Source of the DNA: Octopus sinensis
Taxonomy: Eukaryota
Reading direction: 5' to 3'
Assembly: GCF_006345805.1 (NCBI RefSeq)
Contig: NC_043011.1
Span: 59,718,464 to 59,782,463, forward strand
DNA length: 64,000 bases
Below the pieces are notes generated by a model. The model had not been told where the DNA came from. It ran no database searches and worked only from the letters and a program-made list of their open reading frames with translations. This document shows positions 38,966 to 51,400 of this stretch, in pieces (the stretch's first letter is position 1; every line of letters begins with the position of its first letter). Both the position numbers and the translations under genes were made by a program.

Positions 38966-40111
38966 CGCACTGGTAGGGTTTCCTATGCCGGACTGGTTTA
39001 AGGATAGAGACCAGGCTAATATGGACCAAAGCCCTACCTAGAAAACAGCAAAGTAACAGAAGCACTGATGACAGTTCAAAAACCAACAAAACCTGGGAAA
39101 GGGAGGCCTTCCCTCAGGGAAGCCAAGAGTTGAGAACAATGGAGAAATGTAGCTGATGGTCCTTGCTCCTTTAGTGAAATACTTAAGCTAGTAGATAAGT
39201 AAGTTTTAGTGGATACAGAGGTGGGATAAGAACGACGGCTACTGCTCTGGAAACCAAAATCAATTTTAGGAATTGTCTCCTATTGGAGGAGATGTTTCTG
39301 CTATTTCTAGCAAATTAAAAGACCACATCGAAACTTTTTTTTTTAGCTCTAAGCGGTTCAAATTCTTAAACTGAACTACCTCTGTGAATCGTCCTGTGAT
39401 GTTATTTGCCCTCAGTTTATATTTGAAGTGGGTTTTAAGCCGGCATCTATGACATCATCACAACTCTTTGGCGCCTAAGAGGACTTAAGTGACCTTAAAA
39501 TCTGTCGCACCTCCAGATAGCTGGAATAAATGACGGGGGTTGAAATTTGGCTAAAAAAAAATGTGGGCGGGGGGGGGGTGAGAGAAAATGGTGAATCAAT
39601 AAAGAGAGAACCTGTTGTCTGAGATGACTAGAATTGGAATGATGGCAGGAGGCGAATGTAGCATCTCTGTCTATTGACAGAGCACATAGGCACATACATA
39701 CATACATACATACATACATACATACATACATACATACATACACACATACATACACACATACATACATACATACATACATGCATACATACATACATACACA
39801 CATACATACATACATACATACATGCATACATACATGCATACATACACACATACATACATGCATACATACATACATACATACATGCATACATACAAACAAA
39901 CAAACACACACACGCGCCATCCGTATATATGCCACATACAAAATATGTTGGAACTGGTGATAAATAATGGAGAAATAAACGATCAGTTTTTAAGAAAGAT
40001 AAGAAAGGATAAAAATACACTTTATATATACACACATATATATATATACCTATATGTGTATGTGTATTTGTATGCGTATATATATATATTATATATATAT
40101 ATATGTATATG

Positions 40112-40180
<69 letters not shown>

Positions 40181-40451
40181 TGTGTGTGTATGTGTGTGTA
40201 TATATGCGAAGATATTACATTAGGCGTTTGGTTGTTTTATTTTCTTCTTTATTTGTTTATTTCTTTTGCTATTTGCTTCATCTGTTTTTTGCATTTTAAA
40301 CATTCACACGTTGTGTACGTTGGCTGTTGTTGTTGTTATTTTTGTGGTTGTTGTTGTTTTTGTGGTTGTTGTTGTTTTTGTGGCTGTTGTTGTTGTTGCT
40401 GTTGTCTTTGCTGTTGCTGCTGTTTTTGTTGTTGCTGTCACTGTTGTAAAC

Positions 40452-40591
40452 GATGATGATGATGATGACGATGATGATGATGATGATGATGATGATAATT
40501 ATGATGATGATGATGATGATGATGATGGCAATGATGATGATGACGATGATGATGATGAGGAGGATGATGATGATGATGATGATGCTGATGC

Positions 40592-40635
<44 letters not shown>

Positions 40636-40818
40636 ATGATGATGATGATGATTATGATGATGATGATGACGATGACGACGATGATGATGCTGATGACGAT
40701 GATGATGATGATGATGATGATGATGGCAATGATGATGATGACGATGATGATGATGAGGAGGATGATGATGATGATGATGATGATGCTGATGCTGATGATG
40801 ATGATGATGATGATGATT

Positions 40819-40857
<39 letters not shown>

Positions 40858-40960
40858 ATGATGATGATGATGATGATGATGATTATGATGATGATGATGA
40901 TGATGATGCTGATGACGATGATGATGATGATGATGATGATGATGACGTCGACGACGACGA
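40452..40960. repeat. (GAT)n tract with an internal ~198-bp higher-order duplication
   Basis: GGCAATGAT..GAGGAG..GCTGATGCT block occurs at about 40527 and 40725. Confidence 0.9.
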
Positions 40961-41254
40961 CGAAGGGGCTGACCAATGATCACAGATGTTACAATCCGGG
41001 TTCTTTTAGGGACTTCAAGGAATGCATTACCTACTGTGTACTTCCCTGCCACACGTGCCCCGCTCCACCCCCACACACACCTTCTTATGAGACGGTTAGA
41101 AGTGTTTTTTTAAGGTCTATATGGCTGCTATTTCTGGCAGCTCATGACAGCCCCTAAGCGTTCCGTCGTCTCTTTATGCTAGCATCTTCCACTCCTCAGC
41201 ATCATGCCCAAATATACAAGAACATATGTGTCGTTATATACACACACACGTACA

Positions 41255-41325
<71 letters not shown>

Positions 41326-41601
41326 ACAAACACAAACCAATACACATTCAGACGTTGTTCTCTTGTGATTACATTGACCTTCCTCTCAACAACTTCGCTA
41401 TGGGCGCCTTTTTGTTTATATTTTTAACTGTTTTCTGCCAACAGCCGTTTGACTTAACTGTCTTTCAATTGAAAACATCACGTGACATCAGGCGACATAG
41501 CTATTTTGGCAATGAATGCCTGTTATGTTGGAGCAGATATATATGTATATATACATACATAAATATATATATATTCATACTTATATATATATATATATTT
41601 A

Positions 41602-41668
<67 letters not shown>

Positions 41669-41847
41669 ATTATGCATCTGTGTGTTCAGGCGTACACATA
41701 GCTGTGTGGTTTAAAAGTTTGCTCATCAATTACTTAGCTTTCTGATTCAGTTCCACTGCGTTTGCAGCATAGGCGATGAGTACAAATTTTGGTAATGTAT
41801 ATATATAACCATAGGACCAAAGTACCTGTAATATTTTTATTCTAGAG

Positions 41848-42066
41848 CAGTGCTTTTCAAACTTTTTGCAGCAGCGGAACCCCAAGGAAACATTCCACAG
41901 GCTCGAGGAATCCCTGTGCAATAATTTAATAGTCTTATGCACACATATCTGCACAGGAGACTTAAAAATTACTGCCGATTTTAGCAGTTTTGTAACTTCT
42001 TGCGGAACCCCTGGACTGTATTAGCGGAACCCTAAGGTTCCGCGGAACCCTGGTTGAAAACCACTG
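41848..42066. mobile_element. hAT (Charlie-like) MITE with 8-bp TSD
   Basis: TIR CAGTGCTTTTCAA / TTGAAAACCACTG; TSD TTCTAGAG (41840-47) and CTCTAGAG (42067-74); internal GCGGAACCC repeats. Confidence 0.9.
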
Positions 42067-42349
42067 CTCTAGAGAAACATCTTTTAAAAGACTTCGTGAA
42101 TTAAAAACACAAACCTGAGTGGCATCAGCAGATCGTTACACACCTGTGTGTCGAACTGATTTCACCCTTTCAGTGATAAACATTTCCCCTAAGTTCTTGT
42201 ATAGACAAATCAGCAAACAAAACATACACTTATTCTAGCGGAAGATGGCCAAGCTCCAACAAATCCAATATTCGCACTTGGTAGGTCCCAGAGAAACTTC
42301 AATTGTGCGTTGTAATTTAATTCAAGCATTATTAATGTCTAAATTTATT

Positions 42350-42550
42350 TATTTATTGCCCACAAGGGGCTAAACATAGAGGGGACAAAGAAGGACAGAC
42401 AAACGGATTAAGTCGATTACATCGACCGCAGTGCGTAACTGGTACTTAATTTATCGACCCCGAAAGGATGAGAGGCAAAATCGTAATGGCAGACAGAATA
42501 CGGCTACGCATTTCGGCCGGCGTGCTAACGTTTCTGCCTGCTCGCCGCCC
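42350..42550 (-). mobile_element. SINE family A with internal deletion
   Basis: GCCCACAAGGGGCTAAAC..CTGCCTGCTCGCCGCC. Confidence 0.8.
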
Positions 42551-42564
42551 TGCCTAATGGCTAT

Positions 42565-42736
42565 ATTGGAAATAGCTTGCTTACCAACCACACGTTTCCG
42601 GGTTCAGTCCCATTTCGTAGCAACTTGGGCAAGCGTCTTCTACTATAGCTTCGAGCCGACCAAAATATTATGAGTAGAATTGGTAGACGGAAACTGTAAG
42701 AAGCCCGTCGTGTATATACGTGTGTGTGTGTGTGTA

Positions 42737-42802
<66 letters not shown>

Positions 42803-43015
42803 TGTGTGTGTGTGTTTGCTCTCCAACATTACTTGAAAACCGATGTCGGTATGTTGATGTCTCCGTATCTTAGCGGTTCGGCCTAAGTGACCGATAGAAT
42901 AAGAACTAGGCTTACAAACAATAAGTCCTATGGACGAGTTGTCCGTCTAAAGGCGGTGCTCTAGTATGGTCGCAGTCAAATGACTGGAACAAGTAAAAGA
43001 ATAAAAGAATAAAAG
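42565..43015 (+). mobile_element. SINE family B with internal (TG)n
   Basis: Head CTTACCAACCACACG..GGGTTCAGTCCC; tail AAGGCGGTGCTCTAGTATGGTCGCAGTCAAATGACTG. Confidence 0.85.
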
Positions 43016-43149
43016 AGTAAAAGGCTATAGAAGAGTAAAACAAAATGGATCGAATATTCTTCCTTTTTTTAACTCTACAATTGTTTCCACACAACATCTC
43101 TCGGGTAGGACATTGAAAAAATAATATAATCAAAAATATACACATACAT

Positions 43150-43404
43150 TATTTACATTACTTACATTTGATGGGTATTTGTCCTCATCTTGTTTGTTGT
43201 TAACACAATGTTTCGGTTGATATACCCTCCATCCTTCATCAGGTGTCTTGGGGAAGTTTCGAACCTGGGTTCTCATACCTAAGGTATTTTTCGTTGTTGT
43301 TGTTGTTGTTGTTATTATTATTATTATTCAGGTCACTGCCTGGAATCGAACTCGGAATCTTGGGGGTTAGTAGCTCGCGCTCTTAGCCACTACGCCATAT
43401 GCCC
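43150..43404 (-). mobile_element. tRNA-headed element, family D (copy 1), with embedded minimal HHR
   Basis: Minus: GGGCATATGGCGTAGTGGCTAAGAGCGCG..GAGTTCGATTCC (A/B-box-like), then GACAC CTGATGA A GGATG..CAACC GAAAC ATT GTGTT at 43247-43202. Confidence 0.8.
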
Positions 43405-43406
43405 AC

Positions 43407-43650
43407 GGGCGTATGGCGTAGTGGTTAAGAGCAGGGGCTACTAACCCCAAGATTCCGAGTTCGATTCCAGGCAGTGACATGAATAATAATAACAATAACA
43501 ACATCGAAAAATACCTTAGGAGTGAGAACCCAGGTTCGAAAATTCCCCAAGACACCTGATGAAAGCTGGAGGGTATCTAAGCCGAAACGTTGTGTTAACA
43601 ACGAACAAGATGAGGACAAATTCCGTCAATTGTAAACAATAAATAATCCT
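43407..43650 (+). mobile_element. tRNA-headed element, family D (copy 2), with embedded minimal HHR
   Basis: GGGCGTATGGCGTAGTGGTTAAGAGC..GAGTTCGATTCC head; HHR 43551-43596 GACAC CTGATGA A AGCTG..AAGCC GAAA CG T T GTGTT. Confidence 0.8.
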
Positions 43651-43687
43651 CATCTCTTAAATGTAGAACTATATATATATATGTAAA

Positions 43688-43743
<56 letters not shown>

Positions 43744-43789
43744 TATATATATATATATATATATACACATACATATATATACATAAAGA

Positions 43790-43940
43790 ACAGGTTTCTT
43801 TCCGTATCCGTCTGGCAAATCCACCCACAAGCCTTAGTCGAACCGAGGCTATAATAGAAGACACATGCCAAAGCTGCCACGCAGAGGGACTGAACCCGGA
43901 ACCATGTGGTTGGCAAGCAAGCTACTTACCACACAGCCAC
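43790..43940 (-). mobile_element. SINE family B, 5' half
   Basis: Reverse-complement head GGAACCATGTGGTTGGCAAGCAAGCTACTTACCACACAGCC. Confidence 0.8.
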
Positions 43941-44380
43941 TTTGAATGAATTTAGTTAAAATCTAAAACACGAATGAAGAAAAACCATGACAGACATTAT
44001 AGTTTGTTTTTAAACCATCAGAATTTATATTTAAAAGAGAGAACAGTAGCTGATGCCATAATCTAGCAAAGCCTTCAAACAAGCCCCTATCTATTTCTTC
44101 CTGAATCCTTAACCCCAGCCAGCCAGGCAGCCAACCAACAACCAACCAACTTACGAGTTACGGTTGAAAATTTTAGGGAATACGTAACTTTCGTTTCATT
44201 ACGTTTTTTTTAAAGACTCTCCCTCTACTTTCTCCTCATTGCCGGGGCCCCACTCTGATCTGCCTGGTCCCTATCTTCTCTCATATCTCAACTGATCTCA
44301 ACAGATGTTAATTATATCCTCGTATTAGCTGTTCATATTATTTGTATTAGTTGCTGCTGTCGTCGAATTGTTGTTGTTAT

Positions 44381-44423
<43 letters not shown>

Positions 44424-45417
44424 AATGATGACGACTACGACAACGACGATGATGATGGTGGTGGTGGTGGTGGTGTTGGTGGCGCCGGCGGTGTCGAATT
44501 TGTTGAAGTTGTTGACCAAGTTTCCGGTAGTAATATTGAAAGATAGAGTCTTTATACAAGTTAGTTCCGTCTTGAAGAGTTCACATCCGGCCCCCCATAA
44601 ATAAATAATAACAAATAGAAAGAAGCTTAAAAAGGCGGCGGGGCGGGAGGGTAAAAGCAAAAAAAAAAATGAAAAAGAAAAAATACAGAAGAAGACGATA
44701 ACGAAGAGACAGCAGAAAGAGAAAGAGAAGATTTGTTTGCTGTTTCATTCGCAAGATCGGGGCATCTTATGAAAATCAGGTGAAGATAGACGGGTGCCTG
44801 ACATGTTACACAGAGTCCGTAGAGAGAGAGAGAGAGGAGGGGGGAAGAGGGGGTGGTTTAAGGCGATTTGTTTGTGTATCGACATTATTTTTCAGTTTAA
44901 AATATTTCTTTTTATGTATTTAAAAAAAAAAAAAATTCTTTGGGTGAAGCCAAAAGGATTTCGTTGTGGGTTGGTTTTCGTTTTTTCTCCTTGCTATCAT
45001 CTTGCCATCATTGGCTGTTGCTGATCTAATTGTTGTTGATGATGATGATGATAACGACGACGACGACGTCGATGATGATGATTATGGTGGTGGTGTGGTG
45101 GTGGTGGTGATGACTGCGATGAAGGGGGGCGGGGACGAAGACGAGAAAGAAGAGTAAGAAAAAGTTGGTGTAATTCTTATCATTGTCGTTGACGGTTTAT
45201 TTTTTTTAAAGAAAAAGAAATAATTTAGGGTTTTAATTCTGGGGTTGTGGAGCAGACGACGAGAAGGAGATGACTTAAATGATATCGTTTAGGTCTCTCG
45301 TTGCTTAAATTCCCACCATCCAAAGAATACATACATATATATATACATACATATATACATATACATAGATACATACATGCATACATACATACATACATAC
45401 ATACATACATACATACA

Positions 45418-45453
<36 letters not shown>

Positions 45454-45466
45454 CATACATATGTAT

Positions 45467-45660
45467 AGGGAGAGTTTACGAAAAAAACAAAAGACGAAGA
45501 CAGGTGGTGTACAAAACAAACAGATGTATTAGTATAACGCTCAGGAATAGAAAAAGTCTTTTACGCTTCGAGCCTACGCTCTTCTACAGAAAGGGACACA
45601 GAAAAAAACAAGAAGAGACAAAAATGTGTGTAGTGGCTAACGATTTATTATGGCCAAAAG
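45467..45660 (-). mobile_element. Short interspersed repeat, family E, with a variant HHR-like motif
   Basis: Near-identical to 56790-56898. Minus: CTTT CTGTAGA A GAGC GTAG GCTC GAAG CG TA AAAG (45593-45558). Confidence 0.6.
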
Positions 45661-45769
45661 TCCCATATATATATATATATATATATAGGAGATAAATAAA
45701 AATATATGCATACATACAAACATATATGTACGTACCTACATCTACATGTATATATACATGCATATATAA

Positions 45770-47199
45770 ATAATTATACGGGAGTACAGGACATCACAAT
45801 AAGACGTAGAAACGGAAAAAGCCAAAAACAAAAAACAAGAAAACGGAAAACGAAAAACAAATACAGGACGAGCTACACAAGGACAAAACCCCCGTCATCA
45901 GCTGTCGCTAGAGGAGTCAGGCATGTTTCGAAGGCATAACAGAACACTAATCCAATAGGCCTTCCTGCGAGAGAATTAAAATAAATTTTCAAGCAGCGGG
46001 GCACAATGAGTACGAACACAAACAACGTAACAATAAGACTGCAAATAAAATACATGTACAAAACAAACACAAGAGGACGAACGAAAAAGCCTTTTTTCTG
46101 GCATAGACAAACAATAAAACTGCAAAATAAAATACATGTACAAAAGTACAATTAGTTACAAAACGAGAAAATAACAAGAATACTATACAGGAAATCAACC
46201 ACACAAGGGGACGAACGAAGAAGCCTTTTGCTGGCAAGGACGAAAGTGTAGTAGCAGCGCGTGGAGGCAGTCTTTTCAATAGTGGTATTTCTTTATTATG
46301 ATTATATAATCACACATAGAAGGACAAATACAGGACATACATACAAAAAAAAATACAAAAAAAACATTTAAGAGATTCGTTTAAAAATTTTTCGTTTACA
46401 TTTGAATTATTCATTTATAAAATAAAAATAATGTCTTTTACATGACCTAGTAGAACAAACCACAATACATAACTTATGATCTTCACTGGAGCCTCTACAC
46501 CCCGCAATTTATGAGGCCCTGCAGCTTCCACTTCCTCTCTCTCCTCCATGGTCAAGCTGGGTTTCTGACACCCACCTTTTTTTCCACTTCCTTCCATCTT
46601 TTCTCATACACACGCCGTGGTAAGATCCTCTTTTCCAGCCCCATTTTGCTCTTCAGATGATATCTGAAGTAAGTGAGCAGCTGGGGCCGGAGACAAAGGA
46701 TCCTATCGCGGCTCCTTCCATTCTCGTTCTCCACATGCATTCCTTTACTACTGCGACCGTGTGCAGTGAAAACATGCCTCACCTTCCTTCGAGAGTCCAG
46801 TTGGCGGTATCATCTTAATCATAGACTCAGCCGACAGCTGTACTCGTCCCAGATGCGATAACACGTGTTCTGCGTAACTTATCAAGTCGGACAACTTCCG
46901 ACAGTGAACAAAAGCGTGCTGGACGGTTTCATCGTCCAACTCGCACCTTGGACACGTCGGTGGCACTGAAACTCCGTGCCGTGATAACTTCTCGCGAACA
47001 GGTAAAGCATTCCTATAACACTGCCAGGCCAGGATCTTTGGAAATTATCCAAATACCCCGACCTGAAAGTTTTTTTAAACAGGTTGGTAAGCTGGTCTTC
47101 ATCAAACCCAGAGCCCCTCCTAGGACGTCGTCGTTTTTTCCTCTACCAGCCCTCTATAAAATACCGAGGTGGTATTTCCGCAGCCGGCCTTGCCCGCCT
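45770..47199 (-). mobile_element. Tx1/L1-like LINE 3' part (zf-RVT C-terminus plus long 3' UTR), cut by the assembly gap
   Basis: Minus translation ..WQCYRNALPVREKLSR..PPTCPRCELDDETVQHAFVHC (CX2CX7HX4C); downstream U-rich UTR with duplicated blocks. Confidence 0.75.
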
Positions 47200-47299
47200 N
47201 NNNNNNNNNNNNNNNNNNNNNNNNNNNNNNNNNNNNNNNNNNNNNNNNNNNNNNNNNNNNNNNNNNNNNNNNNNNNNNNNNNNNNNNNNNNNNNNNNNN
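47200..47299. other. Assembly gap (100 N)
   Basis: Run of N. Confidence 1.
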
Positions 47300-48672
47300 T
47301 CAGATTCTTTGGTTTCTTTCAAGGACCAGGGATGAGGCCATGCTGGAGTAAGGCAATTAAATGTTTCTATAGAGAAAAAAAACATATACCGTAATTAGTC
47401 AACATACACGTATAAGCATTGTATGTCCTTCCAAATCCTGGTGCATTTCACATGGAATTTTTGGTCCTCTGAAGTCGTTTTGGTGTATAAGCCGTCCTGC
47501 TTTTTTTTTTCTCCATTTTTTTCCCCCTGGATATCTTGTTCTAAAATAATTTGATTTGTATGCTGGGAAATACGGAAGATGCAATAGTAGAAATGGTTGC
47601 AGCTTCCGGCAGCACATATTGCGAAAGCATGGCGAGGAGAGTGCGATAATCGATTCGAAACAGTATGATTCGGAATTCGATCTCACTGGGAGACAATTTA
47701 GCCATATGTTCCGATGGGGAAATTTGGTATTTGGTAGGAAGAAGCAGTGTGTGAGTTCAGTGTGTGTACGTGTGTTGTGTGTGTGTGTGTGTGTGTGGGT
47801 GTGTTATTTTTCATTGTTACAATATTACAAGAGCGATTCGAGGATCAAAGAGTTCGACCATGGCAAATATACATACATGCAATATATAAATAATTACATA
47901 TACACATAGATACATATATATATATATGTGTGAGTGTGTATTCTTACATACACATATATATATATTCTTACATATATATATAATATAAACAATATATAAA
48001 TATATGCATATATATACATACATATATGTACATACCTACACACATGTATATATACATACGTACATGGGTACTGGACACACGTGACCAACGGCCATCCATC
48101 TTTCATTCTTCCACTTCCTTCCTAAAGACAAGACGTGCTTTTATCTGTCTCTTCTCAAAGCTTGTTTTTCCAACGTTCCCCACTTCACATTGTCTTGGCT
48201 TAGCAACCCTCACCGTTTGTTTTTACTGTTTTTGTTACCACTTTCACCCTCCGCAAAAAATCCCAAATTTTATTTAATTTGCTTTGAAGGAAGGACTGTT
48301 TTAGCGAGGTCGCGTCTTGTCCTTGCCTTCGGAGCGCGAAGTGGATAAAACGGGGGAAACTGATGAAGGGAATATTTTTCTGTTGCATGTCCCGTTACTC
48401 TGCTTGTTTGTTTTTTTCGTTGTTCGAAAAAAAATTCCTTTTCTATGTTTTTATTTTTTATGTTCTCGTTTCTCATTCTGTCTGCGTTTTTTTGATATCC
48501 TGTATCCATATATGCATGTATATATACATATGTATGTAGGTATGTACATATATGTATATATATGCATATATTTATATATTATTTATATTATTATATGATC
48601 GAACGCCACGCATTCTTTTCCAGGTAAATTGTATCTATCTATCTATCTATCTATCTATCTAGCTAGCTAGCT

Positions 48673-48719
<47 letters not shown>

Positions 48720-48884
48720 GATACATCACATGTATATGCATACGCTATATTACATATATACACATGTACATACACACATTTGTGTACATAAATACACACA
48801 CACACATATGTGTGTGTGCATACATACATAAATACGCGCGTGTGTGCGCATCTGTGAGTGGGTTGTATGAGTGCGTATGTATGT

Positions 48885-49075
48885 GTTTGTCCCACCAACG
48901 TCTGACGACCGGTGTTGGTGTTTTTACGTCACCGTAACCTAGCAGTTCTAGTAAAGATAGCCAATGAATAACTTCCTCCATACGTTAAAAGCAAGTACTG
49001 AGGCGGATTTATTCGACTAAGCCCTATACAGGTGGCGCTCCAGCATGGCTGGCGGTCTTATAACTGAAACAAAGA
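48885..49075 (+). mobile_element. SINE family B, 3' half
   Basis: GTTTGTCCCACC..CCGGTGTTGGTG..GGTGGCGCTCCAGCATGGC. Confidence 0.7.
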
Positions 49076-49187
49076 AAAGATTTAAAAGATTGAAGGAAAT
49101 ACTTTCAAGGGACATAATTCGCTTGGTGTGTCGAGTTGTTTCCCTTGCATATTTGAGGTTGCGTTTGTCGTAAATTATACAAGATCT

Positions 49188-49560
49188 CTCTTTTACTTAT
49201 TTCAGTCATTTGACTGCGGCCATGCTGGAGCACCGCCTTTAGTCGAACAGATCGGCCCCGGGACTTATTCTTTGTAAGCCCAGTACTTATTCTATCGGTC
49301 TCTTTTGCCGAACCGCTAACTGACGGGGACATAAACACACCAGCATCGGTTGTCAAGCAATGTTGGGAGGGGACAAACACAGACACACACTATACATAAT
49401 ATCGACAGGCTTCTTTCGTTTCTGTTTCTGTCTACCAATCCACTCACAAGGCATTGGTCGGGGCCGGGGCTATAGCAGAAACACTTACCCAAGATGCACG
49501 CAGTGGGACTGAACCGGAACCATGTGGTTGTAAGCAAGCTACTTACCACACATCCACTCC
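49188..49560 (-). mobile_element. SINE family B, full length
   Basis: Complete reverse-complement tail, body and head. Confidence 0.9.
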
Positions 49561-49719
49561 TATAAAAATCCTACTGGATTAAATTATTTTTAAAAATTTA
49601 TTTCACTCTTATCAGAAAGAAAATTGAGTAAACATTGATTAATGAAAGAAATCTAGAAAAGTTAGGGAGACGACAGCATGAGAGAGAATAAAAAACAAAA
49701 CGGGATGACGACGACGACG

Positions 49720-49940
49720 AAGACGACGGTGAGGAGGAGGAGGAGGAGGAGGAAGGAGAAGGAGAAGAAGAAGAAGAAGAAGAAGAAGAAGAAGAAGAAG
49801 AAGAAGAAGAAGAAGAAGAAGAAGAAGGAGAAGAAGAAGGAGGAGAAGAAGAGGGAGAAGAAAACATGAATAGAAAGAAGACGAAGGAAATGAATATGAA
49901 GAAGAAGAAGAAGAAGAAGAAGAAGAAGAAGAAGAAGAAA
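49720..49940. repeat. (GGA)/(GAA)n purine tract
   Basis: Tandem triplets. Confidence 0.95.
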
Positions 49941-50269
49941 CCAGCAGTAGCCATGAGCCACACAAAGACTGACTCGACCAATATGTACATAAAAACCATT
50001 ACGTCCGTCCGTCCGTACGTACATACATACATACATACATACATACATACATGTAACACACTGCCTAAATACCAATCTTGAGAAATTAGGCTTCTCAAAA
50101 CCAGAAAGGAGAAAGTTAATTCGAACACCATAGATCCAGTCCATCACTGGAACTGTAAAAATCTGTAAAACTTTCCAGAAGTTTAACATTTAAATATATG
50201 TGACCATTTCTAGATATGCACCTATATGCATGAGAATATACAAATAAAGCAAAACATACGAATTTGCAC

Positions 50270-50272
50270 ACA

Positions 50273-50306
<34 letters not shown>

Positions 50307-50317
50307 CACACATACAT

Positions 50318-50352
<35 letters not shown>

Positions 50353-50523
50353 TACATACATACATACATATATACATACATACATACATACAGACACATA
50401 TACATACATACATACATACATACATACATACATACATACATACATACATACATACATACATCACATACAACGTACATACATACTACATACATACATACAT
50501 ACATACATACATACATACATACA

Positions 50524-50557
<34 letters not shown>

Positions 50558-50673
50558 CACACATACATACATACAGACAGACACATACATACATACATAC
50601 ATACATACATACAGACACATACATACATACATACAGACACATACATACATACATACATACATACATACATACA

Positions 50674-50707
<34 letters not shown>

Positions 50708-50855
50708 CACACATACATACATACATACATACAGACACATACATACATACATACATACATATATACACACATCATACATACATACATACAGACACATACA
50801 TACATACATACATACATACATACATACATACATACATACATACATACATACATAC
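50270..50855. repeat. (CATA)n/(CA)n microsatellite
   Basis: Tandem CATA. Confidence 0.95.
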
Positions 50856-50994
50856 AAAAATGCCCTGTTGTTGATGTTGAAATTCCAATGAAGGAGCCTT
50901 AAATCCAGGTTAGAAACCGGCTTTTTCTCCATTGGCAAGAAATCTTGAAATAAAACTGAACAATGACATACACACGCGCGCACGCACACACTCA

Positions 50995-51400
50995 CAGGGT
51001 CGACGGTTGAAAAGTTCATAGAGTGACAGAGATATTCTCATGGAATACGACCGAAAGAGGTTTATTCTTCAACGTTGCCCACACTGCGGTCCACAACTCC
51101 ATTAGTGTTGCAGAGTTTCGATTCCATTGGTGAAGAAGTTTCCGTCCTGTTGGTCAGCGAAGTCAGCAACAACAGATTCGACGCCATCATCATCACTGCG
51201 ATACTACTTCCGAGCCAAGTGGTTTTTCATGTTAAGGAGCAGACGACAGACAGATGGCGCCATGTCAGAACAGAGAGAGTGATCAACGAGGTCAATTTGT
51301 GTTGCATGATTCTTGTTGTGAAATCGTGTTTTGAAACAGATATTGTATTTCGAGATGGTTATTTTTGTCTCTTGTTTTTTCTTACCAAATAAACACACGC
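50995..51400 (-). mobile_element. mariner (DD34D-type) transposase C-terminal remnant with terminal repeat
   Basis: Minus translation DLVDHSLCSDMAPSVCRLLLNMKNHLARK*YRSDDD..FFTNGIETLQH resembles the mariner HPPYSPDLAPSDFHLF..YRSDDEV motif; CAGGGTCGACGGTTGAAAAGTTC end. Confidence 0.7.

Noticed and set aside
43407-43480. Bona fide tRNA gene
   Set aside because: The acceptor stem does not pair, and it is one of two diverged copies followed by a common downstream body; a SINE-type head.
44325-44660. His/Gln-rich or Thr/Asn-rich ORFs on the minus strand
   Set aside because: Derived from (GAT)/(GGT) repeats; short and unsupported.
45890-45935. Type II-like hammerhead permutation in the LINE UTR (minus: CTTC GAAA CATG C CTG..CAG CTGATGA C GGGG)
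   Set aside because: U16.1 is missing, helix II relies on G.U pairs, and there is no second copy; likely chance.
48355-48445. CTGATGAAGGG ... GAAA on the plus strand
   Set aside because: No helix III palindrome and no helix I partner after the GAAA.
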